A stretch of DNA of 62,975 nucleotides, filler included, from Hausera hauseri (Eukaryota): NCBI GenBank assembly GCA_046269625.1. It is 11 parts of 11 records of this genome, joined end to end, with 100 filler letters (N's around TTAATTAATTAA, not from the genome) between each part and the next. Parts side by side here need not be neighbours in the genome. Positions count along the whole stretch, not along the records: positions 49,927 to 54,564 come from JBJURY010493243.1; positions 54,665 to 58,827 come from JBJURY010727657.1; positions 58,928 to 62,975 come from JBJURY010794646.1; 8 more parts are not named here. One strand, 5' to 3'. Shown here piece by piece: positions 51,297 to 62,975 of the stretch. The position numbers and the translations under genes were made by a program. Positions within the stretch are counted from its first letter, which is position 1, and each line of letters begins with the position of its first letter. The notes under the pieces were generated by a model. The model saw only the letters and a program-made list of their open reading frames with translations, had not been told where the DNA came from and did not search any database.

Positions 51297-52030
51297 TGTT
51301 ATGAAATGGCGGTACGAAGTGAAACCGGATTTCGATCGAAAACGTTATGTAAATATACAAATTTAAATCGGATTTCGATCAAAGATATTATGTAAATAAA
51401 ACGATATCGAAGACGGCACAAATTTTAAATATACAAAATTTAATAGCTTTAAGTCAAATCATAGTGTAAATATTATTTTAAATTAAAATAAATAATCGTG
51501 AAATTCGGAGAAAAGGAAATAAACAGTAACTGGCTGCTATATAAGTCAGCGATTAGAACGATGGTAGTAGTCTCTCGTGAAGTCGTGAAAGTTATAAAGT
51601 TGAAATTTAGTCAGAAGTGAAAATTCAGAAGGATTTTGAAAATCGAATTGATCAGTATTAGAACTGTATTATTCAAATTATTCGTGAACTGATTTTCTTG
51701 TCTTGTTGGAAAATTCTGATCATTGAATTGTGCTTAACGGTGTGGTATATTTTGTTTGTATTTAATATATCTTGTATTCTAAATTCTTTTTTATAGTTTT
51801 TCGTCGCTCTTTAAGAGGGACTAGAACAACCCTAAGGAATAAATTATTTTATAAACTCAATAGCTAAGACTAGACTTTTGTAAACTATACATTCATTGCA
51901 CGCAGTACCTGCAAGATAAAATAAGTGCAAACTTTCTAACGAAAACGTTAGAACTTATCTGCTTACAAATTTTGAAATTATTCATTATTATAGTTGGGTG
52001 TTGGATAGGGCCCACCTTCAACTATTAACA
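51297..52030 (+). repeat. Solo LTR of the gag-ORF2-env family (start approximate)
   Basis: TGTTA...TAACA ends; ~42-bp tandem duplication at 51322-51396; TATATAAG at about 51538; 3' 330 bp homologous to 35213-35555; no PBS after it; no clean TSD. Confidence 0.75.
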
Positions 52031-52187
52031 TTGATTATGAAGAGTAACACGAATTCTTGAACATTTTATATTATTTTTCTTGCCTTGTGAAAACGTACAT
52101 AAAGAACTTTAAAAACATAGCTTGTTTTTCTAGATGAAAGAAACTTAAAAATGACAATCGGTCCAACAAATAGACATTCTGAAAATT

Positions 52188-54152
52188 CTACGTATCAACT
52201 ACATTGAGGCTGGTTTCATTTGTTGGATACGTACGACCCTCCCAAAAGTGTCTGATCAATACCCAATCAACAATACCAGCCAGAACAACGATTACACAGA
52301 ACATGAAATATTCTACGGTTTGTGTAATGAATTCCGCTGCAGATGCTGCAAAGATTACGATCAAATTCCCACCGAATACCGTCAAAAGGTACACGGATTG
52401 CATAAGAGATCGAAACTTTACGGGTCCCTCGCTATATGCGAATGAGATTGCCGTTATGTAGCCGAGTATTTCAGCAGTTGAAATGACAATATACTGTGGC
52501 AATTGCCATAGCATATGTACCAGTCGTGGGAAATACTCTTCCACGAACAGAATTTTGTCACTTTGAATTTGAATGAGGGTCCCAGATTTGCCGGGTAAAA
52601 TATCGATTTCTCCACATTTCACAGTTGTCTTGTTATTTTCTCCGCAGAAAATTACGTATTGTCCAACTTTCATTCGTCTGTAGGTATCTCGAATAAGTAC
52701 ATTTTTGTTTGTTTGATATATCCAAATATTCCCTGGGACGGTTTTTGACTTTCGAATATATCCAAATCCATCTACTTCATTGATAGTGACAATTTCTGAC
52801 GCCAATGTTACTTGATCATGAAATAATTGGAAGATTTCTAATCCTATTTGATTTTTCTCCACAGATAGTGGGAAAGTATAATTGATGGTTCCAGAACAAC
52901 CAACTGAAATACTCTGGTTACCTTCACGTAAATCGATAACTCGGTAGTCCCTAAACGGTACCGACAGCGTATTATTGGATATTTGCGTAGACAAATTGCA
53001 ATTCGGAATAATGTTAACGAGGATCAATTTAGAACCATGGGGGAAGGTAAATAATTGCCCACTGACGATATTTACTTGTATAATACCCGCAATTGCAAAT
53101 GCTATAGCCGCTACGAAATATGATGCCACAATTCTACTAGTCGGTTTAATCAGCAGATTGAATCTTCCCAAAAGGGGATATATAACAATGTCAAAGATGG
53201 GAATCAGTAGCACAACCATCAGTGCAGTGAATGACTTAACTTGTTCAGGTTTCATGTTATATGACTTGCTAATTCGGCCATCCATGTACTTTGCTTGTAT
53301 TGTCCACCGGGAACCCTGTTGATCGAACAATGCCCAGAAAATCGGCACTGGGATAAATATTATGATAATATTAATTGCTGTCTTGCATTCATTAATAAAT
53401 TCAACCTCATATTGACCATATGCATAATCCATCACGGAATCATACTTCTTTACTTTCCTCTCCTTGATGTAACGTGTTAAAGCATAGCAAGTACATTTGA
53501 CAAATTTGAAAATTGCATTTCTTGATGAGGGTACAATGGTGTAGATTTTCGTGGATATGAGAAATAGTAAGTAGGCGACAATGAATACCGCGGCTGTTGT
53601 CCCAAATGCCAATGGGTAACACTGATCATCAACACAGGACACATCGTGCCGTAAAATTGGTATTACAAATTGAGATACAAACACTCCGATATTGACGGCT
53701 ATGTAGAATACAGAGAAGTATTTCAATATCATGTTTTCATTGGTCGACGGGATTTGGTCCCCTCCGAACGCTGGAACTGATGATTTAATTCCGCCAACTC
53801 CCAATGCCAGGATAAACATACCAATGATTGGTCCAGGAGTATTTTTTGTTACAGCCGTTAATGGCATCAATAAATGTCCTAAGGAATATACAACACCAAA
53901 TACTATGATTGTCTTATATCGGCCTAGGTAGTTGTCAGCAACAATGGCTCCCATTATTGGACTGAGATACGAAACAGCTGAGAAAGCATGGTAGAGAATT
54001 GTAGAATAATTCTCAGAAAATCCAACGTAAATATTGAGATACAATGAGAGAATTCCTCGGACACCATAAAATGAGAATCTTTCAAACATTTCATGAACAA
54101 GTATTACCCATCCGGCGAGAGGGAATTGAAAGTTTTTCACAGACTGAATCAT
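52188..54152 (-). CDS. Proton-coupled oligopeptide transporter (SLC15/PEPT, POT family), intronless, 654 aa
   Basis: EMFERFSFYG, GAIVADNYLGRYKTI, FGGDQ, FWALFDQQGSRW, large extracellular loop, HMLWQLPQY. Confidence 0.95.
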   Translation of the reverse strand: MIQSVKNFQFPLAGWVILVHEMFERFSFYGVRGILSLYLNIYVGFSENYSTILYHAFSAVSYLSPIMGAIVADNYLGRYKTIIVFGVVYSLGHLLMPLTAVTKNTPGPIIGMFILALGVGGIKSSVPAFGGDQIPSTNENMILKYFSVFYIAVNIGVFVSQFVIPILRHDVSCVDDQCYPLAFGTTAAVFIVAYLLFLISTKIYTIVPSSRNAIFKFVKCTCYALTRYIKERKVKKYDSVMDYAYGQYEVEFINECKTAINIIIIFIPVPIFWALFDQQGSRWTIQAKYMDGRISKSYNMKPEQVKSFTALMVVLLIPIFDIVIYPLLGRFNLLIKPTSRIVASYFVAAIAFAIAGIIQVNIVSGQLFTFPHGSKLILVNIIPNCNLSTQISNNTLSVPFRDYRVIDLREGNQSISVGCSGTINYTFPLSVEKNQIGLEIFQLFHDQVTLASEIVTINEVDGFGYIRKSKTVPGNIWIYQTNKNVLIRDTYRRMKVGQYVIFCGENNKTTVKCGEIDILPGKSGTLIQIQSDKILFVEEYFPRLVHMLWQLPQYIVISTAEILGYITAISFAYSEGPVKFRSLMQSVYLLTVFGGNLIVIFAASAAEFITQTVEYFMFCVIVVLAGIVDWVLIRHFWEGRTYPTNETSLNVVDT

Positions 54153-54664
54153 TCAGTTTGGGTGCACCTAAGCAACACAAAACTCTACTAAAATATCACT
54201 ACATAATAGTGATTTAGATCAGTTCATTATTTACTGATGATCACAACTCTTGGTGTGTTTTATTACTTTGTAACTATGACCAAGTATGACCAATAGTCTA
54301 ATTTCAGTATACTATAAACTTATGAATAGTTAGTCTAACACATCAGCATCATTCATCAAAATAGACACTTATTTTAAGAAATATATTACTTGTTTTTATA
54401 ATAAGCCGCAACGTAAAATATTTTTAATGAACCGCAACGTGAGAAATTTTAAGAAAATAAAATATACTGAAAATAACATACGAATAATTGGAAACTCATC
54501 AGATGTTTGTACTTATAAACATATTTACCTCAGTCAGCGTTTATCATATTTTACGCATATTTGTNNNNNNNNNNNNNNNNNNNNNNNNNNNNNNNNNNNN
54601 NNNNNNNNTTAATTAATTAANNNNNNNNNNNNNNNNNNNNNNNNNNNNNNNNNNNNNNNNNNNN

Positions 54665-57559
54665 TGACTTTGAACTAATTAATTTTTTCTGGATATAAAA
54701 ATTTCGCATCACATAATATTCCCAAGCTTTAGTAAATTTTGGTTTAGTAGTCTTCATTTTATAGGAATTTCAAAGTGAAACTATAATTATGAAACCATGT
54801 ATAATAGGGAGGAGTAAAAATTTTAACACATTTGAATTATGTGCAGAGGTTGTCCCATCATGCTTAAAGGCTTACTGCAAAATTTTATACTTTTGAAATA
54901 ATAATTAGGGTCCCAACTTGCACTTGAATTTCGAATATAAGGTAAATTGGTTATTATCATCATAATAGCAATACACCGTGTTTTCCACTTTTAGATACAA
55001 CATTTCTGATTGTTTATAGATTGTTTATTTATACCAAAAATGGCATCTGCTCAAATAGCGACAATACGACTTAGTACAAAACATTCAGTATTTGGTCAAT
55101 CTCAGCAGCTGCCTAGTTGTCAACTTCCAACTAAGGATGAAGTTTTCACATGCTACATATGGCACAAATGCTTTATTTGAGCAATGTGAGAAAAATGCCA
55201 GTAAAAGAGATTATCAAGGTAGTTGTAGACGATGTGATAAGCATATGGAATAAAACCAGTATCCCTTTGATAGCACATCACATTATTCTTGCAAGCCTGG
55301 AAAAGTTAATTAAAAAGGACAATGATTTACAGAAGTATTCACAAGAAAAAATAACTTCAAGTTCTTTGCAGACTGGAGAACTTAAGTTCAGGAAACTTTT
55401 TGACATCTGTTCTTGCAAGTGTTTAAATAAGGGACTCTGCCAAAGAGATCAATGTCGATGTGCTATCGAGGTTCCTGCCACTGAGTGGGACTTTTGCTGC
55501 GATCAAAAGTCAGAAAAAGATGGTAATAAGACCTATGGGTGAAAAGACTACATCAGTGCTACAAAGAAGCCGTGAAAGGCAAGAAATCGAAGTTTGCAGG
55601 CAAAGTTTGGCAGCTTCGACAAGTGCAGCAATAATCAAGCAAAATGCAGAGGACACAAGCAGCAGCACATCACCTGAATCAAGTGGTAAAATCAATAATA
55701 GTGAAGACGAGGTAATTAATTCAAGTGATGATGACTATAATATTAACAGAGTTGAACAAAATAGACGTCAGAATCCTACCTTATGTGACATTAGGGAAAG
55801 AACAGGATTGAGTAATCCTAATGCATGTAAAGTATTTAATGAATGCTCAAAAGATATGACTCTAAATCAACTAGAGAATTTACTAGAGGAGGAAGGAAGT
55901 TTCTCAACATTCACAAACATTTCAGAGATTAATATGCATCGGATTCGATGGTCGTATTGATGATACTAGACTTCTGGAGGGCAGAAGAGTAGCAAGAACA
56001 AGAAAAGAAGATCACTATGTCATTATTGCTTTTCTATAAGAAAATAAGTTGACCACGTCGCTACACAGACTGGGGGGTCATGTGACATTAGTACAGAACT
56101 ACTGTCTGTGATCCACGACACTCATTCATCTAACAGTGTGTGTGCCATAACATGTGGCAGCACAAAGGTAAATACAGGAGAGCACAAAGAAGTTATCAGA
56201 CAGCTGAAACTTTCATTGAATCACTCTTTTCAGTGGCTAGTCTGTATGCTGCATGTCAATGAGTGGCCGTTTAGACATGTCTTCAAGCTTCTTGATGGGC
56301 GAAAGGGACTCAAAGGACGAGCTTGACCTTGATCCATCTAAATTGCCAATAATTTGGTTTCTTAGAGTTACAGGAAATGTCAATAATATTGATGATGATT
56401 ACATAATGAAGGATTTGAGTACAGACCAAAAATATCTCATGAAGGCATGCCTTGCTTTGCGATGTGGTCACAAGGATGCCAAACCCAGCGATACTGATTA
56501 TCTGCAAACAGCTTCTCCTGGTACTCTTTGTCACACAAGATGGTTTACTCGAACAAATAGAGCATTGCGGCTTTACATGAGCACAGAGAAGCCATCCACT
56601 GAGCTCCAGAAGCTTGTTTCTTTCATTGTTGCGGTTTATTATCCTTCGTGGTTCCAAATCAAGACTCATCCAAATTCCTGCGATTGTGCAAACAACTTGT
56701 TCTTTCTCGCTCGCTTGTGTCGTGAACTGAATAATGATCAGATGGGCAAATATGTTCAAAACACAATTTTAAACATCAGTTATTTTGCACACCCAGAGAA
56801 TGTTCTGATAGCTGCTATAAATAACTCTGATTATGTTGTGCGAATAGATGCTGTTGAGAAAATAGTGCTTGCATGAAAGAACGTTGATAGTGACAAAGGT
56901 GTACTCAAATTTTCTAAGTCAAGTATAAATTTGAACTTTGCAGCGACGTTGTATTAGGACCTCATTGACTGGAAATTTTGTCTCATCACGCCACTACCGG
57001 TGCTGCTCTCAATGTCAGATGAGGAGTTCTCATCAGCTGCAGAACTTGGACCAGTTAGAACACCAAGACTGCCTTGTCACACACAAACCGTTGAACGTGC
57101 TGCCAATGACGTTACTATGGTTTCAGCGAGGGAGTTTGGTCACGATTCACGACATGGGATGCTGGTTTCAGCCGAGAAATTACGTAAGAATGGACCTAAG
57201 TTGGAAGCCAAACATTCGATTATGTAATGACGTTCATACAAGTAGGCCTATCATGGTGCTGGAAAGTCTTCGGTGTTGTGACTAAAACATATTTATATGC
57301 CATTAAATTAGTCTACTTTTGTCACCTTCTAGTTGAGTGTCATTTAATTGACTTGCTAATGCATTTAAACAAGAGATTCCAGCTCAACGCTGTTCATTGT
57401 GCATTATTTATGAAAGCCGGATTTTCAACCAAAAGTTTGGAACCTTTAAAATAACCCAAATTCACTGAAACTTTGAAGGTTAATTAGCCTTTGGTAGTAT
57501 CAAATTTTGATACTAATAAGGAAGTTAAATTGTTTACTTCATATTTTTGCCCCAGCCTA
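54665..57559 (+). mobile_element. hATm-like DNA transposon; transposase pseudogene 55040-57227
   Basis: FGQ...QLPT, LFDICSCKC, IGFDGR.D, VNTG...WLVCMLHVNE, HTRW..NRALRLY, YFAHPEN, PCHTQTVER; right end ...GCCCCAGCCTA (TAGG terminus). Confidence 0.75.
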
Positions 57560-57765
57560 GTACATACTTTTCCTTGAAGCTGAATATCAAACTAGTGCGA
57601 AATCCTTAGAATAAAACAGCCAACCATTTCTTTAAAACTAATCAATATATAGTAATTTTACTGGACTTTCATTTTTCATTGAATATTGCTCATGTTTCAT
57701 TGATTCTGTACCAATTTTTTGTAGATGTTATTAGTGTTCATTTTAGAACATATTAAACAAAACAG

Positions 57766-58510
57766 CGATTACTAATTTCTGCAAATATCTGCGGATTAAA
57801 ACTGTACAGCCAAATCCCGACTATGCAGCGGCTGTGGACTTTTTATTAGAACAAGGAAAAGAATTGAAATTGAAATGTCAAGTTATTGAGTTGGTGTCCA
57901 ACAATCCATTTGTCATAATGAAATGGAAGGGCTGTAATAAATCATTGAAAAGTGTTGTATTGAATAGTCACATGGATGTTGTGCCAGTTTACCCAGAACA
58001 TTGGAAATATGATCCATTCAGTGGACATATTGATGAGAATGGTGACATTTATGCCAGAGGTTCACAGGTGAGTAATGTTATATTTATTTTGTCGGTTAGA
58101 AATTTAATATATTATTAATAGGATATGAAATGTGTTGGGATACAATATCTGGAAGCCATTCGAAGAATTCAGTATGCTCTGCCAGATTATACACCGGAAC
58201 GAGATATTTATGTATTATTTGTTCCCGATGAAGAAGTTGGAGGAGAAAAGGGCATGCGTTTATTTGTAGAAACGGATTATTTTCAACAGATGAATGTAAT
58301 GTTATTCTGCCGATTGACTGAATTATTTGTCTTTATAAAGATCGGTTTTGTATTGGATGAAGGAATAGCAAGTAACAACGATGATTATCCGGTATTTTAT
58401 GGTGAACGAATGGTATGGTGGATCACTTTTACCATCAGAGGTTTCACTGGTCACGGATCTCAATTCCTTAAAAACACTGCTGGAATGAAACTACGGCATT
58501 TGTTAAACAG
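57766..58510 (+). CDS. ACY1: Aminoacylase-1 (M20A), partial: exons about 57766-58067, 58122-58295, 58341-58510
   Basis: YLRIKTVQPNPDY, LNSHMDVVP, RGSQ|DMK, PDEEVGG, LDEG; GT-AG introns of 54 and 45 nt. Confidence 0.92.
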
Positions 58511-58556
58511 GTGAAAAACTATATGTGCAAAAGGGTAAGTTGTAAAAAAAAAAAAG

Positions 58557-58815
58557 ATTGTTTGAGACGGAGAAAGAGAGTTTTGTTTTGTGAGACAGAG
58601 AAAGAGAGTTTTGTTTTGTAAGACAGAAAGAGAGTTTTGTTTTGTGAGACAGAAAGAGAGTTTTGTTTTGTGAGACAGAGAAAGAGAGTTTTGTTTTTAA
58701 GATATATCTTTTTATGTGAGACAGAGAAAGAGAGTTTTGTTATGTGAGACAGAGAAATAGTTTTTTTTATGTGAGACAGAGAAATAGTCTTTTTATGTGA
58801 GACAGAGATAGAGAA
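58557..58815. repeat. ~26-28-bp minisatellite (GTTTTGTTTTGTGAGACAGAGAAAGAGA)
   Basis: Direct reading. Confidence 0.9.
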
Positions 58816-58927
58816 AAGATATCGCGCNNNNNNNNNNNNNNNNNNNNNNNNNNNNNNNNNNNNNNNNNNNNTTAATTAATTAANNNNNNNNNNNNNNNNN
58901 NNNNNNNNNNNNNNNNNNNNNNNNNNN

Positions 58928-61560
58928 CGTATGGTCGGCCTTGTAAATGAAATCGTATGTATAATGTACTCGTGATTGCTATATGCGTGCTATTGGCCGC
59001 TTTGAGTGATGCATGCCAGACCAGCGTAGGTCTAGCGTATGCGCTAGGTATTAGCGATAAAGCTGCACCAGTGTCGATTAGAAAATACGCTTGTTTCAAG
59101 ATGTCGTAGTGTAGTGGCTCCATCTCGAGAGTGAAAATAGCATCGGCAATGTGTTCGCTATTTTTATACGACAGTTGTAATGATTTGGTTTCCAGTCGAC
59201 GTGCCGTTCGTCGTCTCGGCCCATTTAGTTTTTTGACGGATTGTAAAATTTGCAGCCGGGTCGATAGATTTTTCCATCTGCACCAAAGTGATTGTGATAA
59301 ATGCAGGTGTCATGCATTTTTATATTTTCGGATAGCTTGTCAAAGTCGCAACCGTGGTAACATTTGTAGGCGGAATCGCGAAATCGTGTGTGAAAATGGC
59401 AAATTTTTGAAAATTTGCTTTTCTTTCTCTTGGGGGATTGACGCCGAGATGACGGTTTGACCCTGGCTGGCAGATTCTTGTGCGTTACAAGTGCCTGCGG
59501 GCAGCAATAATTGCGTCCAGCCCAAAATGCTGGGTCGCTGTGACGAAGTTTATGTTTTCCGTTAGTGCGGATTCTACGGTGCCTTTAGTGCACTCATATA
59601 TTTTGTCGGCTTTTGATGCCATATCGTCCAATGTAGTATCGAGCGGTAGTAACACAAGTGCCGTTTGGATTTGATTTGGCAAACTACTGAGAACGTAGTG
59701 CCGCAGTATGTTCTGGTTGTTCTGAAGGTCAAACTCAGCGTTGCTCAAGTCTTAGCGTAACTTTTAAAGAACAGCAGAACGTTTCATTTTTCCTGTCTGT
59801 CGCTTGGCGAAAATCAAGTCGAATTGGTCATGTTAGGATGGCAGATATGCTTTGCATATAGCTGCTTTGATTTTGTCAAACGATTTTTTATCTGACGGTA
59901 ACGTGTCCAGATCGGTTATTGCTGTGAGCGTTGTTGGCTGCAGGCATTATATCAATATTAAGGCCTTGTTTAGTTGACCGATGACGTTGCATTGAGTAGC
60001 CCATGTTTCAAACACATGGAACCATTTGAATGGCGTTTCATCCGAACGCTAATTTGAGTGGTTTGGACGGTGCTGCTGAAGCAGTTTCGGCTTTCTTGTC
60101 GGGCGTATTGGTATCAACGCCTCCTTTTAGTTTGGAAGTCGCCAGTATAGTGTTATTTTCTGTGAAAATTATACTGATTGTGCAATTACTCTTGCGTAAT
60201 ATTTTTCCATTACGAAAAAATGTATTCTCGGGATATTGTTGGTTTCAAACTTCCAGCATTTCGACATGACTAGAGTAGATGGAAAACGATGAGCTTTCGT
60301 ATTACGTCAATTTTGTACAATCAGTTGTACTTCGTTTGGTGTACTATCGGCCGGTGTTGTTTCACAATAGTGAATTTAGTTGCAGAGTTCAATAGACTGA
60401 CGATTGGATAAATGGTTAAGTAGCGAATTTTCGCTTGTTATGTGTGCTATTTTGGCACAGTCAGCATAGTCGTGTTTGTACTCCGATTTTACGATGTTGG
60501 TGTGTGTAACCTTGCTTGGATATTTACGCTTCGGCACTTGTTCAGTATCACTCTTTGTGATTTTCTGATTGATAACCGTATTGTTAGTAAGTTTTGTGTC
60601 ATCATGTTTAGTGATGTAAGCATGTGTGGCCGAGTTGTTTTAAACCGCACTAGTGAGTGTATTAACCGGATTAATTTCAATGGTGTTAATATGAGTTTAA
60701 GTCGGATTGCTATGAACGGCTGTGTTTGTCGAAAAAACTGGATGCGTATTCACGGTTTTGTCCCAAAAGGACATGTGTGCGGTATTCGCTGCCACCATTT
60801 TAGAGGTTATTGCCTTAATGAAGGCCCTAACTTTACTCCATAACATCGTGGTCACAAAGCAGTAAAATAAAACGAATGTGAACAAACGACAGAACAAGAC
60901 CGTATAAAGTCGCAACGATTATTGGTATTACAATTTCTGTCTGCTGAGGCAGACGAGTCCTCAGTAGGGGATTGGAACTATCCGAGTCTGCGAAGTCGGC
61001 AGAGAGGATTCGAATGTCCGAGCTGGAGCTCGACGCCCTTGTACGCCGTGTGTCGGTGATCCAGTTGCCTGGAATCAATTGACTTTCTGATGGAACCAGC
61101 GATTCGAAGAGGCGGTCTGCAGCCGCCATCAGTCTTATCAAAGCTGGTAGAAAGACCGAGGAATCGAAGAGTTGCTGATTCGCTCCGTTCGTGTAGAAAT
61201 AATCGAGGGTAGCGGTAGGAAGAGAAAAGTGATCGTCATTGCTCAAACTGGTGAGATGCCGTACGAAACGGCTGTGTCGTAGTAGCTCACGTGCCGTGCG
61301 GTAATCCCAGTATGATCGACACGGAGCTTTTCGTCCTGACGGACGTTTGTGGGATCGCCTGGAGGCTTTGTCCTTTACCCGATGCTCAAATATATGAGAG
61401 GAGTCCGGGTTGACGATTGGTTGTTAAGTTCCGTGGGATGCGATATCCCGATGTTATTGTGACCTCGCTCCTAATGATCGGTTAACCGGGTCTCGCAGTA
61501 CTGGTGGCCGTCGTTTGGCCCTTTCCTTGGGTTTTCAGCGTTTTGACATCGTTTTTTCGA
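58928..61560 (-). mobile_element. Second, degenerate CsRN1-like gypsy element: LTR-like leader with ORF, Ubl-Gag, start of protease
   Basis: FFRNGKILRK...TILATSKLKGG, LRHYVLSSLPNQIQ..DDMASKADKI, CHFH..C..C and CIYH fingers, SKN-stop slippery site, FLIDTGAALSLIP. Confidence 0.8.
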
Positions 61561-61608
61561 ATGATCTGTCTATTCGTTTTCTTTTTGAATATCTCATTTC
61601 AACTGCTG

Positions 61609-61646
61609 ATCTGTGGATTTAAACAAATGGGTTTAAATCCACAGAT
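61609..61646. repeat. Perfect 16-bp inverted repeat with a 6-nt loop
   Basis: ATCTGTGGATTTAAAC aaatgg GTTTAAATCCACAGAT. Confidence 0.9.
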
Positions 61647-62975
61647 TTTTGTTACTGATTATATTTATGGGTGAACTCGTGATTTTTGTTTATTGTTTTT
61701 GCACTTATTTTTTGTTTGTAAAGCAAAGCTTTATACTCCATTTACAGAAATATCCGCGAGCTTTTCAATACTTTTTTGCAAAGATTCTTTCGCCTTTCAA
61801 CTGGAAATCAACATCCTCAAATTCTTCAAATTTTGGATAATTCGGAATTTCCGTACTGTATGTTAGTTGGGGTTATTCTGGGACGTAAACAAAATCACAC
61901 TAAAACCAATTCTAAGCTGATTAAACATAAACCGTAAGCATTACCTTGATTTTATCATCAGATAATAAAGTACAACATTCTTTCGTTTATTTAAATATTT
62001 TTTGATTTTCACAATTTGTTTATAACCTTTTGGCTTATATCAAAAGATGACTTTAACCTTAAATGCCCCTGATCTTTAATGGCCTTATGTGAGGGGGTAA
62101 GGAATAAGTACCAATTCCGATTTACCCAATCATCAAATTGATATTTGTTTCATTAAATCAATATAATTAATAGGTGTGGATAAGGTTCGTCCCAGAACTC
62201 TCATTTTTCCATTATTGGCAAAATATATCAGTTGACGATTGTCACAACGACAATGCAGATAAACTATTGCTTTGTCGATTGATATGAATTTAATGAGTAT
62301 ATTTGACAATGTTCACCCAACTTAAAGATACTTTGCCATTCCACATGTTTATCTCTACTGAACCAAAACCAAAGTATTGAAAAACACCATCTAAACCTAT
62401 TGTTAATAAAATATAGTAATTATATACTCGAGTAATTCTTTATTCGATGATCTCATCTCATTGTCCTTGGCCATCAAATCTCGCAGAGATATCACGTCTT
62501 TCCCATCAGATTGACTTATATATTCTGAAGCAAACTAAACAGAACATAATTTAGAATGAATCAAAATTCATACAAAGTATTCTCGAATATAACCATCCCG
62601 ACGAATTGTTGGAGCTCGACAACTGTAGTAGTCTGTGCATCTGCATAAAGTGTAGATTGACAAATTGTAATATACGACCTACTGTGTGATATCCCATTGA
62701 AATGATGTATCGATTAGAAAAATGGGTTTTGTGATTTGATGGAGCTTTCTCTCTAGACTTTCGTACAACTCTGTAATGTTTGTGGATGTTCGATTACAAT
62801 GAAATACGGAATAATAGTCGGTGTGTATTACGCTGATTTGTGGTGGAAAATGGTTCTGCATTTCAGCCGAATACTATTCAATGTTGTTTGTTAAAATTTA
62901 GTACACGAAAAATTTTAAAATTCATAAAATTACTTTTGTAAGATGAATTTAGACAACTCAGTGGATACCTAGATC

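Noticed and set aside
58557-58815. CRISPR-like periodicity
   Set aside because: Plain minisatellite without spacers

Overview
This window is not one locus. It is 11 short eukaryotic (animal) contigs joined by artificial 100-nt spacers (44 N + TTAATTAATTAA + 44 N), and most of it is transposon or endogenous-virus sequence. Host genes seen: the last exon of GCDH, an intronless SLC15 peptide transporter, the 5' exons of aminoacylase-1 and one gastropod-type GPCR exon. Mobile DNA: Polinton/Maverick pieces (capsid, adenain-like protease, pPolB, AGTAGT termini and a complete 1.1-kb mini-Polinton with a 6-bp TSD), Tc1/mariner and hATm-like transposases, RTE and RNase H-bearing LINE fragments, and several Ty3/gypsy elements. 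Three things stand out. (1) An LTR element family (two internal copies plus a solo LTR) is organised gag, conserved -1 junction, ~1000-aa orphan ORF, chuvirus-like fusion glycoprotein, with no recognisable pol. (2) Two diverged CsRN1-type gypsy elements have a ubiquitin-like domain ending in GG fused in front of Gag; one also has an intact 573-aa orphan ORF and a twice-repeated covarying RNA hairpin. (3) A 6.7-kb contig has 71-bp identical ends (circle or tandem unit) and carries a Polinton virion module plus a host exon. All family assignments come from motif recognition by eye; no database searches were run.
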